Source of the DNA: Bradymonadia bacterium
Lineage (GTDB): Bacteria > Myxococcota_A > Bradymonadia > UBA7976 > UBA1532
DNA: 64,000 nucleotides
Assembly (NCBI GenBank): GCA_046290225.1
Contig: JBKAGE010000082.1
Span: 203,402 to 267,401, forward strand
Direction: 5' to 3'
The translations under genes and the position numbers were made by a program. Under the pieces are notes generated by a model. That model saw only the letters and a program-made list of their open reading frames with translations, was not told where the DNA came from and ran no database searches. Numbering within the stretch: position 1 is the stretch's first letter; each line of letters begins with the position of its first letter. Shown here piece by piece: positions 41,475-50,519 of this stretch.

Positions 41475-43310
41475 ATGTCGAGTCGGTGCACCTCCTACCT
41501 GTGGGTTGTTTTCACGCTGTTGTGCGTGACGTTGTGGGGTTGTGAGCCCCCACCCTCTACTCCACCAGAGCGCACCATCTTCGTTCAGGTCGACCCTGAG
41601 GCCGACGGCGGCCTGCCCCCGGTCGATGGCGCCGACGCAGGCTTCGTGCCTGATCCGGACTACCCTCACATTCTGGTCATCGCCGGTGAGCCCGAGCGCT
41701 CGGTGAACATCGAGTCCCGCATCGAGCTGGGGGTGCTGCTGCTCGATAATCAGGGTGAGCCGGTGCCCGAGGCCTTCATCTACTTCGACATCGATGATCC
41801 CGATCAGGCCACCCAGACCCGCATCACCGCCCGCCGCGTGACCACGGATGAGACGGGCTACGGTAAGATCGAGCTGCTGGCAGGACCGCTGATCGAAGAT
41901 GTGGAGATCGTGGCCCGTGGCGAGGCGAGCCGTGAGGTCCGCTTCACAGTGCACGTGCTTGAATTGCCCACTGGGGGGCTTGAGGTGGTGCCTGACTACG
42001 CCGGGCCCATCAACCTCGGCTCGATGGAGGTCTACCTCGTCGAGAGCCCGGCGTGGTGTGACTCGCCGGTGTATCTGTTTCCGCCGGAAGACATCCTGCT
42101 GAGCGCCACGACGCAGGGCCCCATGCAGCCTGCCATCTTCGACAGCGTGCTCTCGGGCACCCGCCTCGCCGTGGTGGTCAGGGCACGCACCGAGGAAGGC
42201 CGGATTCTCGCCGGTGGTGGCTGCGTCAACGATGTGGAGGTGCCCCCCCTCGACATGCGCACGGTGCGGGTGCCCATCTTCCTGCTGCCCCTCGAGTCAG
42301 CAGGCACCTACACCGTTCAGAATCGATTCGATTTCACCAATGCGGTGCCGGGCACATTGGGCCGGGTCATCGACGGGCTGGTGCAGTTCTTCGGCGCCGG
42401 TGAGCAAGAGCGCGAGATCGCCTCGGTGATCTTCGACGTGGTGGAGCAGCTGGCCCGAGAGGCCGCCGGCACCCTCGGCGGCATCGCCGTAGAGCTGGTC
42501 CGGGCCTGGGTGGAAGACGATCTCAACCGCATCATCAACACCTACATCGATTACGACGCCCCCCAATGGATCAGGGACTTCTTCCAGATCGGGCGAGACT
42601 TGCTGCAGGTGGTGGCTGATCTCGAGGTGATCAGCCGCGTGCGATTGAGCAAAGTGCGCACCGACGGCACCTTCGAAGGCAGCGAGAGCTGGATCGGCCT
42701 CGCCTTCCGCTGGACGCTGCCCTGTGGCGAGAACAACCCGGACCCTGACTGCGGGCGCCACGAGTTCACCATGGAGCAAGTGGCCTCAGGTCTCGAAGGG
42801 GTGGACCTCGTCTTCGGTCAGTTCAACGGTCGAGTGCACAGCTACGATCGCATGATCATCAACAGCCACACCCTCGACTTGCAGTACGGCCGCCTGATCT
42901 TGTTCGTGCTCAACAATTTGATTTTGCCCGAGGTGGCCGACGGCGCGGACAACATCACCGACGCCCTGCTCAACCTCGCCGACTGCCCCGCCTTCGCCAA
43001 CCGTATGACGAACGGCCGTGACACCCTCGAGCTCGGCGGCATCGAGATCGCCAGCCGAGATTCGATCGAGGGCTGGTGCACGACGGTGATGAGCGTGGCC
43101 GGTGACGGCGCCCGGGCGATCCTGGGCCGTCTGAGGACCGACACTCGCATCACCCTGAGCGGCGATGTGCTGCTCATCGAGCAGAACAACGATCTTCGAG
43201 TCGATGCGCTGGTGGACGGGGTCTGGCGGGGGAACATCCGCACGGGTGCGGATGACGGGCCGCCCTTCGAAGGGCGCTTCGAGGGGCTGAGGGATACGCG
43301 CTTGCCTTGA
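41475..43310 (+). CDS. Hypothetical lipoprotein
   Basis: Lipobox LWGC, Ig-like N-terminal region and a long ORF with typical codon bias. Confidence 0.7.
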   Translation: MSSRCTSYLWVVFTLLCVTLWGCEPPPSTPPERTIFVQVDPEADGGLPPVDGADAGFVPDPDYPHILVIAGEPERSVNIESRIELGVLLLDNQGEPVPEAFIYFDIDDPDQATQTRITARRVTTDETGYGKIELLAGPLIEDVEIVARGEASREVRFTVHVLELPTGGLEVVPDYAGPINLGSMEVYLVESPAWCDSPVYLFPPEDILLSATTQGPMQPAIFDSVLSGTRLAVVVRARTEEGRILAGGGCVNDVEVPPLDMRTVRVPIFLLPLESAGTYTVQNRFDFTNAVPGTLGRVIDGLVQFFGAGEQEREIASVIFDVVEQLAREAAGTLGGIAVELVRAWVEDDLNRIINTYIDYDAPQWIRDFFQIGRDLLQVVADLEVISRVRLSKVRTDGTFEGSESWIGLAFRWTLPCGENNPDPDCGRHEFTMEQVASGLEGVDLVFGQFNGRVHSYDRMIINSHTLDLQYGRLILFVLNNLILPEVADGADNITDALLNLADCPAFANRMTNGRDTLELGGIEIASRDSIEGWCTTVMSVAGDGARAILGRLRTDTRITLSGDVLLIEQNNDLRVDALVDGVWRGNIRTGADDGPPFEGRFEGLRDTRLP

Positions 43311-43320
43311 GCGGCGAAGC

Positions 43321-43761
43321 TCACTCGCTCTCGGTACGCAGCTCCGCCTCTTGAGTGGGGAAGCCCGCGAGATCACGCACCTCGAAGCTCACCAGCAGCT
43401 CGTCGCCGCCTTCTCCGCAGTAGATCCGCTCGCTGTTGGCGCCCCCCTGAGTCCAGGTGTAGCGCACGCGGATCGGCTTGTCGGGATCGTCGGCGTTCTC
43501 GAGGCTCTCGGCTTCGGGTCGCAGGGTGTTCGCGGCCACCACCATCACCGGCTCACCGAGATCGTCCACACCATCGACATCTTCCACCGTGAACGAGACC
43601 GAGGTGAGGATCACCTCGCCTTGTACGCTGCCACACAGCGCCTCGCCACCCACGACCACAGGCGCGGTGTTCGTTTCGGTCTCTTCTTCACCACAGGCGA
43701 AGAGCGCAGGCACGAGGCAAAGACACAGACTGGTGGTGGAGATCAGGGATCGCAGCGACAT
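43321..43761 (-). CDS. Hypothetical lipoprotein
   Basis: RBS GAGGA, lipobox LFAC and an acidic tail. Confidence 0.65.
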   Translation of the reverse strand: MSLRSLISTTSLCLCLVPALFACGEEETETNTAPVVVGGEALCGSVQGEVILTSVSFTVEDVDGVDDLGEPVMVVAANTLRPEAESLENADDPDKPIRVRYTWTQGGANSERIYCGEGGDELLVSFEVRDLAGFPTQEAELRTESE

Positions 43762-43803
43762 GGGGTCCTCGAGGGCAATTGAACCCGAGGACGATAGCAG
43801 AAT

Positions 43804-44742
43804 TCAGGGTACGATGTTCAGAGACCAGTCGTAGTCCAGGAATCGATCGACGCGCACGCCCTCAGCGCCCCCTTCGCGCCACCGCTCGATGAAGTCTTCG
43901 GGGCCCTCGTAATCGCCCTCGGAGAAATCTTTGGCGAACCAGTTGAAGAGCGACGACACCCCATCGGGGCCAGCGCCTTTCTCGGGGCTGGCGAGGAAGC
44001 TGCGGGTGCGCTCGGCAAGTTGTGCTTCGAGATCTGCAGCCCGGAACGCCGTGGGGGCGAGGTTGGGGCAGCCGAGGCTGGCGCAGTTCACCGCCACGTG
44101 CAGGCGCGGATCGAGGGCCCGGCCGTCCCAGAGCTGATCGTGCAGCGCCAGCATGGTGCTCAGCTCGTCTGCGGTGAGGGCCTCGGCGCTCGAATGCTCG
44201 CGATCACCCCGGACGATGACATGCTCCAGCTCGTCGAGGCTGAGCACGAGGCCTGCGGCCCGGAAGCTGCGCTTGGAGAAGAAGGCAAACAGCTCGTCGC
44301 TCACGCTGTAGCTGGCGTCACCCTCGTAGATGTCGAGCACGCCTTTGAGCACCAGGGCGTTGTAGGCGTTGATCCAGAATGCGAAGCGCTCCTCAAAGCT
44401 CTCCAGCTTCGCCGGATCGACGATGTCGAGGGTGGCGACGTACTGGTCGAGCAAAAAGGTGGCCTCCTCGCTGGCCCGGATGCCGTCGTAATCGACGAAG
44501 GTGTACTGGCCATCTTCCGAGGCGGTGACATGACGCGTGAGCACACTTTCGAAGAGCAGATGATCGAGGCGGGTGGCCTCGCTGTAGGCATCTTCGAAAC
44601 TCTCGTCCACAACCTGCTCTGGCGGAGGCGCTTCAGCAGCGGGGCGCGTGCCTTCGTATTCCACCCAGTCACCGCAACCGGCGAGCGCAGAGGCGCCGAG
44701 GGCGCCGATGATGAAGAGTCTGGACAACATCATGAACCTCAC
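43804..44742 (-). CDS. DUF547 domain lipoprotein
   Basis: VDY, AFWINAYNA, SLDELEH, DPRLHVAVNCASLGCP, WFAKDF and YDWSLN. Lipobox LAGC. Confidence 0.9.
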   Translation of the reverse strand: MRFMMLSRLFIIGALGASALAGCGDWVEYEGTRPAAEAPPPEQVVDESFEDAYSEATRLDHLLFESVLTRHVTASEDGQYTFVDYDGIRASEEATFLLDQYVATLDIVDPAKLESFEERFAFWINAYNALVLKGVLDIYEGDASYSVSDELFAFFSKRSFRAAGLVLSLDELEHVIVRGDREHSSAEALTADELSTMLALHDQLWDGRALDPRLHVAVNCASLGCPNLAPTAFRAADLEAQLAERTRSFLASPEKGAGPDGVSSLFNWFAKDFSEGDYEGPEDFIERWREGGAEGVRVDRFLDYDWSLNIVP

Positions 44743-45572
44743 TGGCTGTAAGAGACGCCGACGGTGACCGCCTGGCCGTTTGCGCTGTTACGGGCCCACA
44801 GAGTGCCGTCGTAGCCCGCTTCGAGGGCGAAACCACCACCGACAGGGGCATAGAGGCCGGGGCCAAGGGTGACGTACCCCTTGGTGAACGGATCTTCTTC
44901 GTACGGCGCCACCACCTGCAGGTTGGCCATGAGCAAGATGCCCTTCCACGTGGTCACGCCCACCTGACCGAAGGCGACGAAGCTGTCACCGAAGGATCGA
45001 TCGAGGCCCTCGCCGATGAAGGTCTCGGTTCGGAACCGATGACCCACCTCGAGCAGGGCGTAGATGGGGGTGTTGGGGATGCTGTCGCCGATGGCGAGCC
45101 ACACGGTGTAGTCGATCTGCCCATCACCAACGAGGGGGAAGTTGGCCCCCTCGAGGCCGCCGGGCTCGCTGGCATCGTAGAACGGCACCTTGGCCTCTGC
45201 CCGCACGGCGTGGGGCAGGTTGAGCCACGGGCTGCTGTACTGCAGACCGGCGACGACGTCGCCCACCCGGGCGCTCCGAAACCGGCCCACGCCCTCGAAG
45301 TCGTTGGTGCCGATGGTGTGGGGTACGAAGAACTGCAGATGCAGCCCGTCGGCGATGCCCACCTCACCATAGACCGAGGTGGTCTGGCCCAGGTACGCAG
45401 CGCCGCTCTGAACCTGACCACTGGCGTCGACGAACTCGTCGGCGAAGAACCACCCCTCGCCGAGCTTCACATAGGCCTCACCGGCGTTCTTGGTCCAGGG
45501 ACCCGCGCTGGAGACGATGGGGCAGCAGAGCAGCGCGCAGGTCAGCGAGGCGGTGATCCAGGGCCTGAGCAT
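44739..45572 (-). CDS. Putative outer-membrane beta-barrel protein
   Basis: Signal peptide, AGPWT..AG..Y.K, Y.E.GI.D, alternating beta pattern and terminal GVSY. RBS GGAG before ATG 45572. Confidence 0.7.
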   Translation of the reverse strand: MLRPWITASLTCALLCCPIVSSAGPWTKNAGEAYVKLGEGWFFADEFVDASGQVQSGAAYLGQTTSVYGEVGIADGLHLQFFVPHTIGTNDFEGVGRFRSARVGDVVAGLQYSSPWLNLPHAVRAEAKVPFYDASEPGGLEGANFPLVGDGQIDYTVWLAIGDSIPNTPIYALLEVGHRFRTETFIGEGLDRSFGDSFVAFGQVGVTTWKGILLMANLQVVAPYEEDPFTKGYVTLGPGLYAPVGGGFALEAGYDGTLWARNSANGQAVTVGVSYSQ

Positions 45573-45713
45573 GGTGTCTCCGGAGCGGTGGACGGTCGCA
45601 GTGAGGTACGGGCGTAGGCAGGGAAGATTACCACCGACCTCGAAGATCAGGCGGCCTGAAGGCTTAGAGGCCCTCACATAACCGCTCCCGTCGCCAGGAA
45701 CGCGATGCACTTC

Positions 45714-45779
45714 GTGAGGCAGTCGAAAACGTCCTCGACGATGCTTCGGCATCGCCTGCGGTTTTTTCGACTGCCTCAC
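45714..45779. repeat. Nested inverted repeat (16-bp perfect arms enclosing a C-TTCG-G hairpin)
   Basis: GTGAGGCAGTCGAAAA (45714-45729) pairs with TTTTCGACTGCCTCAC (45764-45779). Inner hairpin CGATGC-TTCG-GCATCG (45739-45754). Confidence 0.85.
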
Positions 45780-45825
45780 TCGCGCCTCACGTCCCTGACT
45801 CGGTCCGCTGTTTTGTTCAAGCCTC

Positions 45826-46890
45826 TTACTTGGCGTTGAAGCTGGGGCTGAACTCGATGGTGGTGCGCATCAGGCTCTGGAAGGGCAGGTTCCGGTGCGG
45901 GCGATCTTCGGCGCAGGCCACCTCGACGATGGGGAAGCTGTCGAGGCGAGCGTTGAGATCATCCATCGACCCGGCGATGTACGAGATGTCGATGTCGTAG
46001 AAATGCATCTGGTACAGGTACTTGCGACAGCTCGAAGACACAGCCTGCTCTTCGCCAGCGTGGTCCATGATCCAGACCTCGTCACAACTCTCGTCGGCGA
46101 CGTCTTGCCGTGTGAAGGCATACATGCGGCGATCGAAGGCAGCCCAACCGTTGAGGCTGGGGCAGGTGCACCCGTTGATCTCCTCACAGCTCGGATCATT
46201 GTTGGTCCGGTTGAAGTTCACGCGCTCGACATAGAACTCGCCGGGCAGACCCTCGAAGAAGACGAAACAGGCGTTGGCCTGGAAATACTCGTTGCCCTCG
46301 GGGAAGTGCGCCCAGGCATAAACATTGGCCGGGGGCTCGCCATTGACGCAGTCCCAGCTGGGCATGTCGAGGCCTGCGGGGTTGGTGGTGGGGCACTCGG
46401 CGTCGTTGCCATCACAGTCGTCGTCGACGCGATCGCCACAGATCTCGATGGCGCCAGGGTAGCGCCAGGCATCGTCCACGGCGCAGTCGCTGGCCTCTCG
46501 GGCGTAACCTTCGAGCTCTTCGTCAGGCAGCAAGCACGCATCGGTGGTGTCGTCTTCGACGCCGAAGCCGTCACCGTCACTGTCGGCATAGACGGTGATG
46601 TCCATGCACATGGCGGGCTCGCCACCAGCGCCCCCAGTATCACCGCCGGCGCCACCAGGGGCCTCGCCACCAGCGCCACCGGCCACCTGACCGCCGGCCC
46701 CTGCCGCGCCACCACCGGCCTCGCCGCCCGAGCCACCAGGGGCCTCGCCCCCAGCGCCGCCAGCGGCCTCTCCACCGGCGCCAGCGACCGCGGCGCCAGC
46801 GCCACCGGTGTTTTCGGAATCCTCGCCATCATCGCAGGCGATGAGGGCCAGAGGGGCGAGCAGAGCGAAACTGAGTGAGGTGATGCGCAT
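45826..46890 (-). CDS. Lipoprotein with GGAGG linker, MopE-type putative metal-binding motif and Cys-rich C-terminal domain
   Basis: Lipobox LIAC, (GG[AE]AGG)n linker and YADSDGDGFG...DC....YPGAIEICGDRVDDDCDG. Confidence 0.8.
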   Translation of the reverse strand: MRITSLSFALLAPLALIACDDGEDSENTGGAGAAVAGAGGEAAGGAGGEAPGGSGGEAGGGAAGAGGQVAGGAGGEAPGGAGGDTGGAGGEPAMCMDITVYADSDGDGFGVEDDTTDACLLPDEELEGYAREASDCAVDDAWRYPGAIEICGDRVDDDCDGNDAECPTTNPAGLDMPSWDCVNGEPPANVYAWAHFPEGNEYFQANACFVFFEGLPGEFYVERVNFNRTNNDPSCEEINGCTCPSLNGWAAFDRRMYAFTRQDVADESCDEVWIMDHAGEEQAVSSSCRKYLYQMHFYDIDISYIAGSMDDLNARLDSFPIVEVACAEDRPHRNLPFQSLMRTTIEFSPSFNAK

Positions 46891-47048
46891 GGTCTTCTTT
46901 GGTATGTGCACGTCAACGAGTGGATGACGATGTGTCAGAATCAGCGTCTTCGAGCGCAGCGTGCCTGGGCTCAGGTGATTGGGCCCAAGCGATCGGGCTG
47001 TAGTGTGCCCAAGAGCGTTGAGTCGATGAAAGGGTGCACGGTGTTTTG

Positions 47049-48170
47049 ATGATGAGTTTAAGGCCATGGGCCCTCTCGATACTGTTCATCTTCACCGCAT
47101 GCTCCACAGAGTCGCCAAAGCCCTCTTTGGATGTACGCTCACCCGACTCCGCGACCTCACCGGTCACGACACCACTGCCGCCTTCGACGACGTCGAAGAC
47201 TACGTCGGCGAGCCCTGTACGTTACAAGGGCGTCTCCCTCGGGCTCTTCGTGAGCCACTCCGACGCTGAGTATCAGCTGATGCTCTACAGCCAGATGCTC
47301 GACGAGATCGCCGAGCTCGGCGCCACCGACGTACAGCTCCCGATCCGCTGGGCTCAACCGGACCACCGCAGCGCCGATCTGTCCCCCCGCCGTGGCCTCA
47401 CGCCCTCCGACGCAGTGCTCGGGCAGGTCATCGACGAGGCACATCGGCGAAAGCTGCGGGTGTTCCTGATGCCCATGATCCACCTTGAGCGCCGTGACAA
47501 GGGCATCTGGCGTGGGCGCATCGATCCTGCGGAGCCTGACGCGTGGTGGGCGGCGTACAGACGCTTCATCCAGCACTACGCCGAGCTGGGCGCGCGTCAC
47601 GGGGTGCACCTCTTCGCTGTGGGCAGCGAGCTGGTGAGCCTCGAGCGCTTCAATGATCGCTGGCAGACCCTCATCGCCGACACCCGCACCCGCTTCAAAG
47701 GTCTGCTCACCTATTCGGCGAACTGGGATCACTTCGAGCCGGTGCCCTTCTGGGATCAGCTCGACGTGGTGGGGGTCACGGCCTATCAACCGCTCATGCA
47801 GGGCCCAGCAGATGTGTCCGACCTGCCCACGGTCGACACACTGGCCTCGGGCTGGCGCCCGCTCGTCCAGCGCTTGCGGGGCTGGGCCATGCGGCAGAAC
47901 CGCCGCTACCTGTTCACCGAGGTGGGCTTCCCGGCCCACACCTACGGCGCCGCCCGCCCCTGGGATCACAGCCGCAGCAAGGGCGAGCCCGCACCAGAGC
48001 TTCAAGCCCGCTGCCTCGAGTCCCTGGTACAGGTCTGGCGCACGGATGATCGCCTGCAGGGTGTCTTTGTGTGGAACTGGTTCGGCGTGGGTGGCACCCA
48101 AGATCGAGGCTACAGCCCCCGCGACCGTCGAGGGGCCTCGGTCATCAAAGCGTGGTTCGACGCGTGGTAA
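47049..48170 (+). CDS. Glycoside hydrolase family 113-like TIM-barrel lipoprotein
   Basis: WRGRI, FAVGSEL, TYSANWD, FWDQLD and LFTEVGF, with both catalytic Glu present. Lipobox FTAC. Confidence 0.85.
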   Translation: MMSLRPWALSILFIFTACSTESPKPSLDVRSPDSATSPVTTPLPPSTTSKTTSASPVRYKGVSLGLFVSHSDAEYQLMLYSQMLDEIAELGATDVQLPIRWAQPDHRSADLSPRRGLTPSDAVLGQVIDEAHRRKLRVFLMPMIHLERRDKGIWRGRIDPAEPDAWWAAYRRFIQHYAELGARHGVHLFAVGSELVSLERFNDRWQTLIADTRTRFKGLLTYSANWDHFEPVPFWDQLDVVGVTAYQPLMQGPADVSDLPTVDTLASGWRPLVQRLRGWAMRQNRRYLFTEVGFPAHTYGAARPWDHSRSKGEPAPELQARCLESLVQVWRTDDRLQGVFVWNWFGVGGTQDRGYSPRDRRGASVIKAWFDAW

Positions 48171-48217
48171 CTCGTTACGCTCTCGCCAGCTCTCTGCCCC
48201 TGACTCAGGAGACTCAC

Positions 48218-48562
48218 GTGCGCCTCTCTCTCACCGCCCTGGCCCTCGTACTGCCCATGGTCACCCTCACAGGCTGTGAGGAGGAGGCCGCCGGCTTCGG
48301 CAGAGGCACGGTCAACCTGCCCTCGACCTGCGGCGCCGAGCTTCCATGTGCTGAGGGCTTCGAGTGTCTGATGCTGCCTGATTCGGATCTGGGCTTCTGC
48401 AGCTGCGACGGGGCACCCAACTGCGCGGAGACGCCCTGCGTATGCGAGGCGCCGCAGAGCCGAGGTGAAGGCGAGGGCTGCTCGATCGACGCGAACTGTG
48501 CCGAAGGGCTGGTGTGCGCGGCACGTGATGCTGTGGGCACCCTGGGATGTGTAGCGCGCTGA
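48218..48562 (+). CDS. Small Cys-rich lipoprotein
   Basis: RBS AGGAG, GTG start, lipobox LTGC and many Cys. Confidence 0.7.
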   Translation: MRLSLTALALVLPMVTLTGCEEEAAGFGRGTVNLPSTCGAELPCAEGFECLMLPDSDLGFCSCDGAPNCAETPCVCEAPQSRGEGEGCSIDANCAEGLVCAARDAVGTLGCVAR

Positions 48563-48567
48563 CGTTT

Positions 48568-48604
48568 GAGCGGACGGCGGCGCCGAAGGCGCGGCCGTCC
48601 GCTC
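48568..48604. terminator. Strong GC hairpin between convergent genes (bidirectional terminator or REP-like)
   Basis: GAGCGGACGGC-G-GCGCC-GAA-GGCGC-G-GCCGTCCGCTC. There is no long T-tract. Confidence 0.6.
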
Positions 48605-49290
48605 TACATCCCCAAAAAGCCTGGCCAGAACCCCACTGTGAACCGCAGCGATGCCGTCAGATACGTCCAGTCCGCCTCAGCGCCAGCGTCGACCTCCCCT
48701 GAGAGCGTGCCTGCCGTGAGCGCACCCGTCACGCCCAGAGTGTAGATGCCGTCGAAGGCCCACTGAGCGCCGATGGCACCGTGCAGGCTCAGGCCAATGT
48801 CAGTGTTGATCTCGCCCTGGGTGCCGTCGACGGACTCTTGCACCGTGAGCACCGTGCCATGGAGACCACCGCTCAGGTAGGCGTTGCGGTGGAAGTTCCA
48901 GGTAAGCCCCGGGCCAGCGCCGATCACCGTGAGGCGGCGGCCGTTGGCCAGCCGGCGGGTGGTGTTGAGCACCTCGTCTTCGACGTCGGGCTCGTCCACA
49001 GAAAGCCATGTGATCTCGCCCTGTACCAGCAAGCTGTCGGTCACGCTGCGGCCGATGGCCAGCTCGGCCTCTTGACCGCTCGACGCCACCGAGAGGCTGT
49101 TGAGGCCGTCGCCCTCGGCGCTGCCCCGAAACCACGCCGGACCGATGCCCAGGCGCAGCACCCAGCCTTCGCCGATGTTGCCGCCCTCGCCGTTCTGCCA
49201 GGCCTTCGGCGTGGGCTCTTCAGCAAAGGCCGAGGTGGTGGTGAGGGTGGCGGCCAGGGCCAAACATACAGTGCTGAACCGTGCGGACAT
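48604..49290 (-). CDS. Putative outer-membrane beta-barrel protein
   Basis: Signal peptide ending SAFA, amphipathic beta strands and an aromatic C-terminal strand. Confidence 0.65.
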   Translation of the reverse strand: MSARFSTVCLALAATLTTTSAFAEEPTPKAWQNGEGGNIGEGWVLRLGIGPAWFRGSAEGDGLNSLSVASSGQEAELAIGRSVTDSLLVQGEITWLSVDEPDVEDEVLNTTRRLANGRRLTVIGAGPGLTWNFHRNAYLSGGLHGTVLTVQESVDGTQGEINTDIGLSLHGAIGAQWAFDGIYTLGVTGALTAGTLSGEVDAGAEADWTYLTASLRFTVGFWPGFLGM

Positions 49291-49448
49291 CTCGACGCAT
49301 CCCAGAGCAATCAGGTCGACACAAAGACTCACACACACCCCATGGGGATTTGTGAAGGGTCTTTTGATTTCGGCGGCCCTGATCTGCACACAAAGCGATA
49401 TAACAAGGCAGCGAGACAAGGTGTGGCTGGCCCACACGCAGGAGCAGC

Positions 49449-50519
49449 ATGATGAAGCCTTCCGATGATGTCCACGCCTGGGTTCAGGATTATTACGGCC
49501 GTGTTCTCCAGGCCAGCGACGACCTCAAGACCAACGCATGCTGTGCCACCGGCGCGCCGCCCAACTGGATCGCCCGGACGTTGAGCAACATCCATGACGA
49601 CGTGCTCAGCCGCTTCTATGGCTGCGGGTTCCCGATCCCCCAGGGCATCGAGGGGGCCACCGTGGTCGATCTCGGCTGTGGTACCGGCCGCGATGTGTAC
49701 ATCCTGAGCCAGCTCGTGGGGCCCACGGGGCACGTCTATGGCGTCGACATGACCGACGAGCAGCTCGACGTGGCCCGGAGCACCCTCGACTGGCACATGG
49801 AGCGTTTCGGCTACGAAACCCCGAACGTGAGCTTTCACAAGGGCTTCATCGAAGACTTGTCCAGCCTGCCCATCGAGAGCGGCAGCGTCGACGTGGTGGT
49901 CTCGAATTGTGTGGTGAACCTCAGCCCCCGCAAAGATCTGGTCATGGCCGAGGTGGCCCGACTGCTCAAGGTGGGCGGCGAGTTCTACTTCAGCGACGTC
50001 TTCGCCGATCGCCGCCTGCCCGATGCCATCGCCTTTGACCCGATCTTGCACTCGGAGTGTCTCGGTGGCGCGATGTACGAGTTCGACTTCATGTCGCTCG
50101 CCAAGAAGACCGGCTTCCCCGACCCCCGGGTGATGATCACCGCCCCCATCACGATCCAGAACGCCGAGATCGAGCAGAAGGTGGGGGCAGCGCGCTTCAA
50201 CTCCACCACGGTGCGCCTCTTCAAGCTCGAGAACCTCGACGAGCAGTGCGAAGACTATGGCCAGCTGGCCATCTACAAGGGCGGCATCCCTGGCGCCGAG
50301 GCCCTGGTGTGGCTCGACGATCACCACGCCTTCGAGGCTGGCCGCCCGGAGCGCGTGTGCGGGAACACCGCCGCCATGTTGCAAGAGACCCGCTTCGGCC
50401 GCTTCTTCGACATCGTCGGCAACACCGAGACCCACTACGGGGTGTACCCGTGTGATCCCACCATGGCAGCTGCGGAGTACGGTGAGACCAATGAAGGCGG
50501 CGGAGCGGGGTGCTGCTGA
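49449..50519 (+). CDS. arsM: Arsenite methyltransferase-like SAM-dependent methyltransferase
   Basis: LKTNACC, FYGCG, VVDLGCGTGRD, SNCVVNLS and EFYFSD, with a C-terminal CC. Confidence 0.8.
   Translation: MMKPSDDVHAWVQDYYGRVLQASDDLKTNACCATGAPPNWIARTLSNIHDDVLSRFYGCGFPIPQGIEGATVVDLGCGTGRDVYILSQLVGPTGHVYGVDMTDEQLDVARSTLDWHMERFGYETPNVSFHKGFIEDLSSLPIESGSVDVVVSNCVVNLSPRKDLVMAEVARLLKVGGEFYFSDVFADRRLPDAIAFDPILHSECLGGAMYEFDFMSLAKKTGFPDPRVMITAPITIQNAEIEQKVGAARFNSTTVRLFKLENLDEQCEDYGQLAIYKGGIPGAEALVWLDDHHAFEAGRPERVCGNTAAMLQETRFGRFFDIVGNTETHYGVYPCDPTMAAAEYGETNEGGGAGCC

Noticed and set aside
45573..45779. Extended N-terminus of the 44739..45779 ORF
   Set aside because: It runs through the palindromic element. 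The signal peptide and RBS point to ATG 45572.
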